Of a DNA stretch of 64,000 nucleotides, positions 29,351-46,472 are shown one piece after another. Under the pieces are notes generated by a model that was given only the letters and a program-made list of their open reading frames with translations, was not told where the DNA came from and ran no database searches. The stretch's first letter is position 1; each line of letters starts with the position of its first letter. Where the stretch lies: NCBI RefSeq assembly GCF_009914755.1, contig NC_060938.1. The stretch is one strand, 5' to 3'. Both the position numbers and the translations under genes were made by a program. This DNA is from the human T2T-CHM13v2.0 reference genome, Homo sapiens.

Positions 29351-29654
29351 ATCAATCGTCTTCTTTTTAGTACGGATGTGCTCTCGCTTTATTGTCCATG
29401 CTCTGGGCACACGTGGTCTCTTTTCAAACTTCTATGATTATTATTATTGTAGGCGTCATCTCACGTGTCGAGGTGATCTCGAACTTTTAGGCTCCAGAGA
29501 TCCTCCCGCATCGGCCTCCCGGAGTGCTGTGATGACACGCGTGGGCACGGTACGCTCTGGTCGTGTTTGTCGTGGGTCGGTTCTTTCCGTTTTTAATACG
29601 GGGACTGCGAACGAAGAAAATTTTCAGACGCATCTCACCGATCCGCCTTTTCGT

Positions 29655-29890
29655 TCTTTCTTTTTATTCTCTTTAGACGGAGTTTCACTCTTGTCGCCCA
29701 GGGTGGAGTACGATGGCGGCTCTCGGCTCACCGCACCCTCCGCCTCCCAGGTTCAAGTGATTCTCCTGCCTCAGCCTTCCCGAGTAGCTGGAATGACAGA
29801 GATGAGCCATCGTGCCCGGCTAATTTTTCTATTTTTAGTACAGATGGGGTTTCTCCATCTTGGTCAGGCTGGTCTTCAACTTCCGACCGT
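29655..29890 (-). mobile_element. Alu, 5'-truncated
   Basis: GACGGAGTTTCACTCTTGTCGCCCAGG...GGTCAGGCTGGTCT. Confidence 0.85.
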
Positions 29891-30970
29891 TGGAGAATCT
29901 TAACTTTCTTGGTGGTGGTTGTTTTCCTTTTTCTTTTTTTTCTTTTCTTTTCTTTCCTTCTCCTCCCCCCCCACCCCCCCTTGTCGTCGTCGTCCTCCTC
30001 CTCCTCCTCCTCCTCCTCCTCCTCTTTCATTTCTTTCAGCTGGGCTCTCCTACTTGTGTTGCTCTGTTGCTCACGCTGGTCTCAAACTCCTGGCCTTGAC
30101 GCTTCTCCCGTCACATCCGCCGTCTGGTTGTTGAAATGAGCATCTCTCGTAAAATGGAAAAGATGAAAGAAATAAACACGAAGACGGAAAGCACGGTGTG
30201 AACGTTTCTCTTGCCGTCTCCCGGGGTGTACCTTGGACCCGGAAACACGGAGGGAGCTTGGCTGAGTGGGTTTTCGGTGCCGAAACCTCCCGAGGGCCTC
30301 CTTCCCTCTCCCCCTTGTCCCCGCTTCTCCCCCAGCCGAGGCTCCCACCGCCGCCCTGGCATTTTCCATAGGAGAGGTATGGGAGAGGACTGACACGCCT
30401 TCCAGGTCTATATCCTGCCGGACGTCTCTGGCTCGGCGTGCCCCACCGGCTACCTGCCACCTTCCAGGGAGCTCTGAGGCGGATGCGACCCCCACCCCCC
30501 CGTCACGTCCCGCTACCCTCCCCCGGCTGGCCTTTGCCGGGCGACCCCAGGGGAACCGCGTTGATGCTGCCTTCGGATCCTCCGGCGAAGACTTCCACCG
30601 GATGCCCCGGGTGGGCCGGTTGGGATCAGACTGGACCACCCCGGACCGTGCTGTTCTTGGGGGTGGGTTGACGTACAGGGTGGACTGGCAGCCCCAGCAT
30701 TGTAAAGGGTGCGTGGGTATGGAAATGTCACCTAGGATGCCCTCCTTCCCTTCGGTCTGCCTTCAGCTGCCTCAGGCGTGAAGACAACTTCCCATCGGAA
30801 CCTCTTCTCTTCCCTTTCTCCAGCACACAGATGAGACGCACGAGAGGGAGAAACAGCTCAATAGATACCGCTGACCTTCATTTGTGGAATCCTCAGTCAT
30901 CGACACACAAGACAGGTGACTAGGCAGGGACACAGATCAAACACTATTTCCGGGTCCTCGTGGTGGGATT

Positions 30971-31019
<49 letters not shown>

Positions 31020-31177
31020 CGCGCACGCGCGCACACACACACACAATTTCCATATCTAGTTCACAGAGCACACTCACTTCCCCTTTTCACAGTACGCAGG
31101 CTGAGTAAAACCCGCCCCACCCTCCACCCGTTGGCTGACGAAACCCCTTCTCTACAATTGATGAAAAAGATGATCTG

Positions 31178-31630
31178 GGCCGGGCACGCTAGCTCACGCC
31201 TGTCACTCCGGCACTTTGGGAGGCCGAGGCGGGTGGATCGCTTGGGGCCGGGAGTTCGAGACCAGGCTGGCCGACGTGGCGAAACCCCGTCTCTCTGAAA
31301 AATAGAACGATTAGCCGGGCCTGGTGGCGTGGGCTTGGAATCACGACCGCTCGGGAGACTGGGGCGGGCGACTTGTTCCAACCGGGGAGGCCGAGGTTGC
31401 GATGAGCTGAGATCGTGCCGTGGCGATGCGGCCTGGATGACGGAGCGAGACCCCGTCTCGAGAGAATCATGATGTTATTATAAGATGAGTTGTGCGCGGT
31501 GATGGCCGCCTGTAGTCGCGGCTACTCGGGAGGCTGAGACGAGGAGAAGATCACTTGAGGCCCCACAGGTCGAGGCTTCGGTCGGCCGTGACCCACTGTA
31601 TCCTGGGCAGTCACCGGTCAAGGAGATATG
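31178..31630 (+). mobile_element. CpG-rich Alu followed by an Alu monomer fragment
   Basis: GGCCGGGCACGCTAGCTCACGCC...GAGCGAGACCCCGTCTC; CTGTAGTCGCGGCTACTCGGGAGGCTGAG. Confidence 0.85.
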
Positions 31631-31689
31631 CCCCTTCCCCGTTTGCTTTTCTTTTCTTCCCTTCTCTTTTCTTCTTTTTGCTTCTCTTT

Positions 31690-31725
<36 letters not shown>

Positions 31726-31809
31726 TTTCTTTTTCTCTCTTCCCCTCTTTCTTTCCTGCCTTCCTGCCTTTCTTCTTTTCTTCTTTCCTCCCTTCCTCCC
31801 TTCCTTCTT

Positions 31810-32505
31810 TCCTCCCGCCTCAGCCTCCCAAAGTGCTGGGATGACTGGCGGGAGGCACCATGCCTGCTTGGCCCAAAGAGACCCTCTTGGAAAGTGAGAC
31901 GCAGAGAGCGCCTTCCAGTGATCTCATTGACTGATTTAGAGACGGCATCTCGCTCCGTCACCCCGGCAGTGGTGCCGTCGTAACTCACTCCCTGCAGCGT
32001 GGACGCTCCTGGACTCGAGCGATCCTTCCACCTCAGCCTCCAGAGTACAGAGCCTGGGACCGCGGGCACGCGCCACTGTGCCCACACCGTTTTTAATTGT
32101 TTTTTTTTCCCCCGAGACAGAGTTTCACTCTCGTGGCCTAGACTGCAGTGCGGTGGCGCGATCTTGGCTCACCGCAACCTCTGCCTCCCGGTTTCAAGCG
32201 ATTCTCCTGCATCGGCCTCCTGAGTAGCCGGGATTGCGGGCATGCGCTGCCACGTCTGGCTGATTTCGTATTTTTAGTGGAGACGGGGCTTCTCCATGTC
32301 GATCGGGCTGGTTTCGAACTCCCGACCTCAGGTGATCCGCCCTCCCCGGCCTCCGGAAGTGCTGGGATGACAGGCGTGAGCCACCGCGCCCGGCCTTCAT
32401 TTTTAAATGTTTTCCCACAGACGGGGTCTCATCATTTCTTTGCAACCCTCCTGCCCGGCGTCTCAAAGTGCTGGCGTGACGGGCGTGAGCCACTGCGCCT
32501 GGACT
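31810..32505 (-). mobile_element. Cluster of Alu fragments and one full Alu (32100-32395)
   Basis: GAGACAGAGTTTCACTCTC...GAGCCACCGCGCCCGGCC with flanking monomer fragments. Confidence 0.85.
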
Positions 32506-32543
32506 CCGGGGAATGACTCACGACCACCATCGCTCTACTGATC

Positions 32544-32602
<59 letters not shown>

Positions 32603-33150
32603 GATGAATTATCTTATGATTTATTTGTGTACTTATTTTCAGACGGAGTCTCGCTCTGGGCGGGGCGAGGCGAGGCGAGGCACAGCGCATCGCTTTGGAA
32701 GCCGCGGCAACGCCTTTCAAAGCCCCATTCGTATGCACAGAGCCTTATTCCCTTCCTGGAGTTGGAGCTGATGCCTTCCGTAGCCTTGGGCTTCTCTCCA
32801 TTCGGAAGCTTTGACAGGCGCAACCCCACCCAGAGGCTGGCTGCGGCTGAGGATTAGGGGGTGTGTTGGGGCTGAAAACTGGGTCCCCTATTTTTGATAC
32901 CTCAGCCGACACATCCCCCGACCGCCATCGCTTGCTCGCCCTCTGAGATCCCCCGCCTCCACCGCCTTGCAGGCTCACCTCTTACTTTCATTTCTTCCTT
33001 TCTTGCGTTTGAGGAGGGGGTGCGGGAATGAGGGTGTGTGTGGGGAGGGGGTGCGGGGTGGGGACGGAGGGGAGCGTCCTAAGGGTCGATTTAGTGTCAT
33101 GCCTCTTTCACCACCACCACCACCACCGAAGATGACAGCAAGGATCGGCT

Positions 33151-33419
33151 AAATACCGCGTGTTCTCATCTAGAAGTGGGAACTTACAGATGACAGTTCT
33201 TGCATGGGCAGAACGAGGGGGACCGGGGACGCGGAAGTCTGCTTGAGGGAGGAGGGGTGGAAGGAGAGACAGCTTCAGGAAGAAAACAAAACACGAATAC
33301 TGTCGGACACAGCACTGACTACCCGGGTGATGAAATCATCTGCACACTGAACACCCCCGTCACAAGTTTACCTATGTCACAATCTTGCACATGTATGCTT
33401 GAACGACAAATAAAAGTTA
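33151..33419 (+). mobile_element. Old LINE-1 3'UTR fragment (L1PA13-16/L1PB-like)
   Basis: AAATACCGCGTGTTCTCA...GGTGATGAAATCATCTG...CACAAGTTTACCTATGT...GCACATGTA...AATAAAAGTTA resembles the old L1 3' end. Confidence 0.75.
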
Positions 33420-33584
33420 GGGGGGAGAAGAGAGGAGAGAGAGAGAGAGAGAGAGACAGAGAGAGACAGAGAGAGAGAGAGAGGAGGGAGAGAGAAAACG
33501 AAACACCACCTCCTTGACCTGAGTCAGGGGGTTTCTGGCCTTTTGGGAGAACGTTCAGCGACAATGCAGTATTTGGGCCCGTTC

Positions 33585-33886
33585 TTTTTTTTTCTTCTTC
33601 TTTTCTTTCTTTTTTTTTTGGACTGAGTCTCTCTCGCTCTGTCACCCAGGCTGCGGTGCGGTGGCGCTCTCTCGGCTCACTGAAACCTCTGCTTCCCGGG
33701 TTCCAGTGATTCTTCTTCGGTAGCTGGGATTACAGGCGCACACCATGACGGCCGGCTCATATTCCTATTTTCAGTAGAGACGGGGTTTCTCCACGTTGGC
33801 CACGCTGGTCTCGAACTCCTGACCTCAAATGATCCACCTTCCTGGGCCTCCCAAAGTGCTGGAAACGACAGGCCTGAGCCGCCGGG
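33585..33886 (-). mobile_element. Alu, left wing of butterfly 1
   Basis: CTCGCTCTGTCACCCAGGCTG...CTCCCAAAGTGCTGG. Confidence 0.88.
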
Positions 33887-34175
33887 ATTTCAGCCTTTAA
33901 AAGCGCGGGCCCTGCCACCTTTCGCTGTGGCCCTTACGCTCAGAATGACGTGTCCTCTCTGCCGTAGGTTGACTCCTTGAGTCCCCTAGGCCATTGCACT
34001 GTAGCCTGGGCAGCAAGAGCCAAACTCCGTCCCCCCACCTCCCCGCGCACATAATAACTAACTAACAAACTAACTAACTAACTAAACTAACTAAATAAAT
34101 AAAATCTCTACACGTCACCTCTAAGTGTGTGTTCCCGTGAGGAGTGATTTCTAAGAAATGGCACTGTACACTGAA

Positions 34176-34575
<400 letters not shown>

Positions 34576-34939
34576 CTAGGGCCTTCTCTCTGTCTGTTTC
34601 TCTCTGTTCGTCTCTGTCTTTCTCTCTGTGTCTCTTTCTCTGTCTGTCTGTCTCTTTCTTTCTCTCTGTCTCTGTCTCTGTCTTTGTCTCTCTCTCTCCC
34701 TCTCTGCCTGTCTCACTGTGTCTGTCTTCTGTCTTACTCTCTTTCTCTCCCCGTCTGTCTCTCTCTCTCTCTCTCCCTCCCTGTCTGTCTCTCTCTCTCC
34801 CTCCCTGTCTGTTTCTCTCTCTCTCTTTCTGTCTGTTTCTGTCTCTCTCTGTCTGTCTATGTCTTTCTCTGTCTGTCTCTTTCTCTGTCTGTCTGCCTCT
34901 CTCTTTCTTTTTCTGTGTCTCTCTGTCGGTCTCTCTCTC

Positions 34940-34974
<35 letters not shown>

Positions 34975-35166
34975 GTGCCTATCTTCTGTCTTACTCTCTT
35001 TCTCTGCCTGTCTGTCTGTCTCTCCCTCCCTTTCTGTTTCTCTCTCTCTCTCTCTCTCTCTCCCCCTCTCCCTGTCTGTTTCTCTCCGTCTCTCTCTCTT
35101 TCTGTCTGTTTCTCACTGTCTCTCTCTGTCCATCTCTCTCTCTCTCTGTCTGTCTCTTTCGTTCTC

Positions 35167-35220
<54 letters not shown>

Positions 35221-35263
35221 ACTCTCTGTGTGTATCTTCTGTCTTACTCTCCTTCTCTGCCTG

Positions 35264-35297
<34 letters not shown>

Positions 35298-35626
35298 CCT
35301 TTCTGTCTCTCTCTCTCTCTGTCCCTCTCTCTTTCTGTCTGTTCCTCTCTCTCTCTCTGTCTCTGTCTTTCTCTGTCTGTCTGCCTCTCTCTTTCTTTCT
35401 CTTTCTGTGTCTCTCTGTCTCTCTCTCTGTGCCTATCTTCTGTCTTACTCTCTTTCTCTGCCTGCCTGCCTGTCTGTCTGTCTGTCTCTCTCTGTCTCTC
35501 TCCCTGCCTTTCTGTTTCTCTCTCTCTCCCTCTCTCGCTCTCTCTGTCTTTCTCTCTTTCTCTCTGTTTCTCTGTCTCTCTCTGTCCGTCTCTGTCTTTT
35601 TCTGTCTGTCTCTCTCTTTCTTTCTG

Positions 35627-35659
<33 letters not shown>

Positions 35660-35755
35660 GCTTGTCTCTCTCACTGTGTCTGTCCTCTGTCTTACTCTCC
35701 TTCTCTGCCTGTCCGTCTGTCTGTCTGTCTCTCTCTCTCTCCCTCCCTTTCTGTT

Positions 35756-35798
<43 letters not shown>

Positions 35799-36719
35799 GT
35801 TTCTCTTTCTCTCTCTGTCTGTCTCTGTCTTTCTCTGTCTGTCTCTTTCTCTGTCTGTCTGTCTCCTTCTCTCTGTCTCCGTCTCTGTCTCTCTCTCTCT
35901 GTCTCTCTCTCTCTGCCTGTCTCACTGTGTCTGTCTTCTGTCTTATTCTCTTTCTCTGTCTGTCTGTCTCTCTCTCTCCCTTCCTGTCTCTTTCTCTCTC
36001 TCTCTCTCTTTCTGTCTGTTTCTCTCTGCCTGTCTCCGTCTTTCTCTGTCTGCCTCTCTCTTTCTTTTTCTGCGTCTCTCTGTCTCTCTCTCTCTGTGCC
36101 TATCTTCTGTCTTACTCTGTTTCTCTGCCTGCCTGTCTGTCTGTCTGTCTCTCTCTCTCTCTGTCTCTCTCTCTTTCTGTCTGTTTCTCTCTGTCTCTCT
36201 GTCCATCTCTGTCTTTCTCTGTCCGTCTCTCTCTTTCTCCCTGTCTCTGTCTCTGCCTCTGCCTCTCTCTCTCTCTGTCTCTCTCTTTCTATCTGTTTCT
36301 CTCTGTCTCTCTGTCCATCTCTGTCTTTCTCTGTCTGTCTCTCTCTTTCTCCCTGTCTCTGTCTCTGCCTCTCTCTCTCTCTCTCTGTCTGTCTCTCTCA
36401 CTGTGTGTGTGTCTCTGTCTCTGCCTCTCTCTCTCTCTCTCTCTCTGTCTGTCTCTCTCACTGTGTGTGTCTGTCTTCTGTCTTACTCTCCTTCTCTGCC
36501 TGTCCGTCTGTCTGTCTGTCTCTCCCTCTCTCTCCCTCCCTTTCTGTTTCTCTCTCTCTCTCTCTCTCTTTCTGTCTGTTTCTCTCTTTCTCTCTCTGTC
36601 TGTCTCTTTCTCTGTCTGTCTGTCTCTCTCTTTCTTTTTCTCTGTCTCTCTGTCTCTCTCTGTGCCTGTCTCTCTGTCTGTGCCTATCTTCTGTCTTACT
36701 CTCTTTCTCTGGCTGACTG

Positions 36720-36762
<43 letters not shown>

Positions 36763-36863
36763 GTCTCCGTCCCTCCCTCCCTGTCTGTCTGTTTCTCTCT
36801 CTGTCCATTTCTGTCTGTCTCTTTCTCTTTCTCTCTCTTTCTTTCTCTCTGTCTCTCTCTGTC

Positions 36864-36912
<49 letters not shown>

Positions 36913-37120
36913 CTCTCTCACTGTGTCGGTCTTCTGTCTTACTCTCTTTCTCTGCCTGCCTCTCTGTCTGTCTGTCTGTCTCTCTCCCTCCATGTCTCTC
37001 TCTCTCTCTCTCTCACTCACTGTCTCTCCGTCTCTCTCTCTTTCTGTCTGTTTCTCTCTGTCTCTGTCTTTCTGTGTGTCTGTCTGTCTCTCTCTCTATT
37101 TGTCTTTCTCCCTCCCTGTC

Positions 37121-37161
<41 letters not shown>

Positions 37162-37490
37162 GTCTGTCTGTTTCTCTCTATCTCTCGCTGTCCATCTCTG
37201 TCTTTCTATGTCTGTCTCTTTCTCTGTCAGTCTGTCAGACACCCCCGTGCCGGGTAGGGCCCTGCCCCTTCCACGAAAGTGAGAAGCGCGTGCTTCGGTG
37301 CTTAGAGAGGCCGAGAGGAATCTAGACAGGCGGGCCTTGCTGGGCTTCCCCACTCGGTGTATGATTTCGGGAGGTCGAGGCCGGGTCCCCGCTTGGATGC
37401 GAGGGGCATTTTCAGACTTTTCTCTCGGTCACGTGTGGCGTCCGTACTTCTCCTATTTCCCCGATAAGCTCCTCGACTTCAACATAAACG

Positions 37491-42051
<4,561 letters not shown>

Positions 42052-42057
42052 TGTTAA

Positions 42058-42270
42058 GGCCGGACGCAACACGGCGAAACCCCGTCTCTACTAAAAATAC
42101 AAAGCTGAGTCGGGAGCGGTGGGGCAGGCCCCTGTAATGCCAGCTCCTCGGGAGGCTGAGGCGGGAGAATCGCTTGAACCAGGGAAGCGGAGGCTGCAGG
42201 GAGCCGAGATCGCGCCACTGCACTACGGCCCAGGCTGTAGAGTGAGTGAGACTCGGTCTCTAAATAAATA
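42058..42270 (+). mobile_element. Alu with left arm largely deleted
   Basis: AACACGGCGAAACCCCGTCTCTACTAAAAATAC...GAGACTCGGTCTC. Confidence 0.85.
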
Positions 42271-42340
42271 CGGAAATTAATTAATTCATTAATTCTTTTC
42301 CCTGCTGACGGACATTTGCAGGCAGGCATCGGTTGTCTTC

Positions 42341-42359
42341 GGGCATCACCTAGCGGCCA
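42341..42359 (-). promoter_or_regulatory. CTCF-like motif in the IGS ~28-kb region
   Basis: Reverse complement TGGCCGCTAGGTGATGCCC. Confidence 0.6.
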
Positions 42360-43457
42360 CTGTTATTGAAAGTCGACGTGACACGGAGGGAGGTCTCGCC
42401 GACTTCACCGAGCCTGGGGCAACGGGTTTCTCTCTCTCCCTTCTGGAGGCCCCTCCCTCTCTCCCTCGTTGCCTAGGGAACCTCGCCTAGGGAACCTCCG
42501 CCCTGGCGGGGGCCCTATTGTTCTTTGATCGGCGCTTTACTTTTCTTTGTGTTTTGGCGCCTAGACTCTTCTACTTGGGCTTTGGGAAGGGTCAGTTTAA
42601 TTTTCAAGTTGCCCCCCGGCTCCCCCCACTACCCACGTCCCTTCACCTTAATTTAGTGAGTCGGTTAGGTGGGTTTCCCCCAAACCGCCCCCCCCCCCCC
42701 CCCGCCTCCCAACACCCTGCTTGGAAACCTTCCAGAGCCACCCCGGTGTGCCTCCGTCTTCTCTCCCCTTCCCCCACCCCTTGCCGGCGATCTCATTCTT
42801 GCCAGGCTGACATTTGCATCGGTGGGCGTCAGGCCTCACTCGGGGGCCACCGTTTTTGAAGATGGGGGCGGCACGGTCCCACTTCCCCGGAGGCAGCTTG
42901 GGCCGATGGCATAGCCCCTTGACCCGCGTGGGCAAGCGGGCGGGTCTGCAGTTGTGAGGCTTTTCCCCCCGCTGCTTCCCGCCTCAGGCCTCCCTCCCTA
43001 GGAAAGCTTCACCCTGGCTGGGTCTCGGTCACCTTTTATCACGATGTTTTAGTTTCTCCGCCCTCCGGCCAGCAGAGTTTCACAATGCGAAGGGCGCCAC
43101 GGCTCTAGTCTGGGCCTTCTCAGTACTTGCCCAAAATAGAAACGCTTTCTGAAAACTAATAACTTTGCTCACTTAAGATTTCCAGGGACGGCGCCTTGGC
43201 CCGTGTTTGTTGGCTTGTTTTGTTTCGTTCTGTTTTGTTTTGTTCGTGTTTTTCCTTTCTCGTATGTCTTTCTTTTCAGGTGAAGTAGAAATCCCCAGTT
43301 TTCAGGAAGACGTCTATTTTCCCCAAGACACGTTAGCTGCCGTTTTTTCCTGTTGTGAACTAGCGCTTTTGTGACTCTCTCAACGTGCAGTGAGAGCCGG
43401 TTGATGTTTACTATCCTTCATCATGACATCTTATTTTCTAGAAATCCGTAGGCGAAT

Positions 43458-43545
43458 GCTGCTGCTGCTCTTGTTGCTGTTGTTGTTGTTGTTGTTGTCG
43501 TCGTTGCTGTTGTCGTTGTCGTTGTTGTTGTCGTTGTCGTTGTTT
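43458..43545. repeat. (GCT/GTT/GTC)n composite trinucleotide repeat
   Basis: Direct reading. Confidence 0.9.
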
Positions 43546-43619
43546 TCAAAGTATACCCCGGCCACCGTTTATGGGATCAAAAGCATTATAAAATATGTGT
43601 GATTATTTCTTGAGCACGC

Positions 43620-44215
43620 CCTTCCTCCCCCTCTCTCTGTCTCTCTGTCTGTCTCTGTCTCTCTCTTTCTCTGTCTGTCTTCTCTCTCTCTCTCTCTGTG
43701 TCTCTCTCTCTCTGCCTGTCTGTTTCTCTCTCTCTGCCTCTCTCTCTCTCTCTCTCTCTGCCTGTCTCTCTCACTGTGTCTGTCTTCTGTCTTACTCCCT
43801 TTCTCTGTCTGTCTGTCGGTCTCTCTCTCTCTCTCTCCCTGTCTGTATGTTTCTCTCTGTCTCTGTCTCTCTCTCTCTTTCTGTTTCTCTCTCTCCGTCT
43901 CTGTCTTTCTCTGACTGTCTCTCTCTTTCCTTCTCTCTGTCTCTCTCTGCCTGTCTCTCTCACTCTGTCTTCTGTCTTACTCTCTCTCTCTGCCTGCCTG
44001 TCTCTCTCACTCTCTCTCTCTGTGTGTCTCTCTCTCTCTTTCTGTTTCTCTCTGTCTCTCTGTCCGTCTCTGTCTTTCTCTGTCTGTCTCTTTGTCTGTC
44101 TGTCTTTGTCTTTCCTTCTCTCTGTCTCTGTCTCTCTCACTGTGTCTGTCTTCTGTCTTAGTCTCTCTCTCTCTCTCTCCCTGTCTGTCTGTCTCTCTCT
44201 CTCTCTCCCCCTGTC

Positions 44216-44258
<43 letters not shown>

Positions 44259-44813
44259 TTGTCTTTCTTTCTGTCTCTGTCTCTCTCTCTCTCTCTGTGT
44301 GTCTGTCTTCTGTCTTACTGTCTTTCTCTGCCTGTCTGTCTGTCTGTCTCTCTCTGTCTGTCTCTCTCTCTCTCTCCCCCCTGTCGGCTGTTTCTCTGTC
44401 TCTGTCTGTGTCTCTCTTTCTGTCTGTTTCTCTCTGTCTGTCTTTCTCTCTCTGTCTCTTTCTCTCTGTCTCTCTGTCTGTCTCTGTCTCTCTCTCTGTC
44501 TCTCTCTCTCTGTGGGGGTGTGTGTGTGTGTGTGTATGTGTGTGTGTGTGTGTGTGTGTGTCTGCCTTCTGTCTTACTCTCTTTCTCTGCCTGTCTGTCT
44601 GCCTGTCTGTTTGTCTCTCTCTCTCTGCCTGTCTCTCTCCCTTCCTGTCTGTTTCTCTCTCTTTCTGTTTCTCTCTGTCTCTGTCCATCTCTGTCTTTCT
44701 CCGTCTGTCTCTTTATCTGTCTCTCTCCGTCTGTCTCTTTATCTGTCTCTCTCTCTCTTTCTGTCTTTCTCTCTCTGTGTATCGTTGTCTCTCTCTGTCT
44801 GTCTCTGTCTCTG

Positions 44814-44846
<33 letters not shown>

Positions 44847-44900
44847 GTCTGTCTGTCCGTCTGTCTGTCTCGGTCTCTGGCTCTCGCTATCTCCCGCCCT
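43620..44900. repeat. Third CT-rich block with TCTGTCTTACTC anchors
   Basis: Direct reading; 3' part equals window 1-630. Confidence 0.93.
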
Positions 44901-46189
44901 CTCTTTTTTTGCAAAAGAAGCTCAAGTACATCTAATCTAATCCCTTACCAAGGCCTGAATTCTTCACTTCTGACATCCCAGATTTGATCTCCCTACAGAA
45001 TGCTGTACAGAACTGGCGAGTTGATTTCTGGACTTGGATACCTCATAGAAACTACATATGAATAAAGATCCAATCCTAAAATCTGGGGTGGCTTCTCCCT
45101 CGACTGTCTCGAAAAATCGTACCTCTGTTCCCCTAGGATGCCGGAAGAGTTTTCTCAATGTGCATCTGCCCGTGTCCTAAGTGATCTGTGACCGAGCCCT
45201 GTCCGTCCTGTCTCAAATATGTACGTGCAAACACTTCTCTCCATTTCCACAACTACCCACGGCCCCTTGTGGAACCACTGGCTCTTTGAAAAAAATCCCA
45301 GAAGTGGTTTTGGCTTTTTGGCTAGGAGGCCTAAGCCTGCTGAGAACTTTCCTGCCCAGGATCCTGTGTGACCAAAAGTGCCTCTGCTGGGAGCTGGGAT
45401 CCTCGGGACCATGCTTGCTAGCGCTGGATGAGTCTCTGGAAGGACGCACGGGACTCCGCAAAGCTGACCTGTCCCACCGAGGTCAAATGGATACCTCTGC
45501 ATTGGCCCGAGGCCTCCGAAGTACATCACCGTCACCAACCGTCACCGTCAGCATCCTTGTGAGCCTGCCCAAGGCCCCGCCTCCGGGGAGACTCTTGGGA
45601 GCCCGGCCTTCGTCGGCTAAAGTCCAAAGGGATGGTGACTTCCACCCACAAGGTCCCCACTGAACGGCGAAGATGTGGAGCGTAGGTCAGAGAGGGGACC
45701 AGGAGGGGAGACGTCCCGACAGGCGACGAGTTCCCAAGGCTCTGGCCACCCCACCCACGCCCCACGCCCCACGTCCCGGGCACCCGCGGGACACCGCCGC
45801 TTTATCCCCTCCTCTGTCCACAGCCAGCCCCACCCCACCACGCAACCCACGCACACACGCTGGAGGTTCCAAAACCACACGGTGTGACTAGAGCCTGACG
45901 GAGCGAGAGCCCATTTCACGAGGTGGGAGGGGTGGGGGTGGGGTGGGTTGGGGGTTGTGGGGTCTGTGGCGAGCCCGATTCTCCCTCTTGGGTGGCTACA
46001 GGCTAGAAATGAATATCGCTTCTTGGGCGGAGGGGCTTCCTTAGGCCATCACCGCTTGCGGGACTACCTCTCAAACCCTCCCTTGAGGCCACAAAATAGA
46101 TTCCACCCCACCCATCGACGTTTCCCCCGGGTGCTGGATGTATCCTGTCAAGAGACCTGAGCCTGACACCGTCGAATTAAACACCTTGA

Positions 46190-46381
<192 letters not shown>

Positions 46382-46472
46382 TAGACACGGGGTTTCACCC
46401 TCTTTCATTGGTTTTCACTGGAGATTCTAGATTCGAGCCACACCTCATTCCGTGCCACAGAGAGACTTCTTT

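Noticed and set aside
34700-37000. CRISPR-like pattern of a recurring ~25-bp anchor
   Set aside because: Eukaryotic locus; the 'spacers' are low-complexity, mutually similar and far too long; no cas genes
37240-37490. Weak similarity among the LR tail, 43290-43400, 6400-6520 and 7800-7940, suggesting an older, larger IGS repeat
   Set aside because: Only short scattered matches; significance cannot be established without computation
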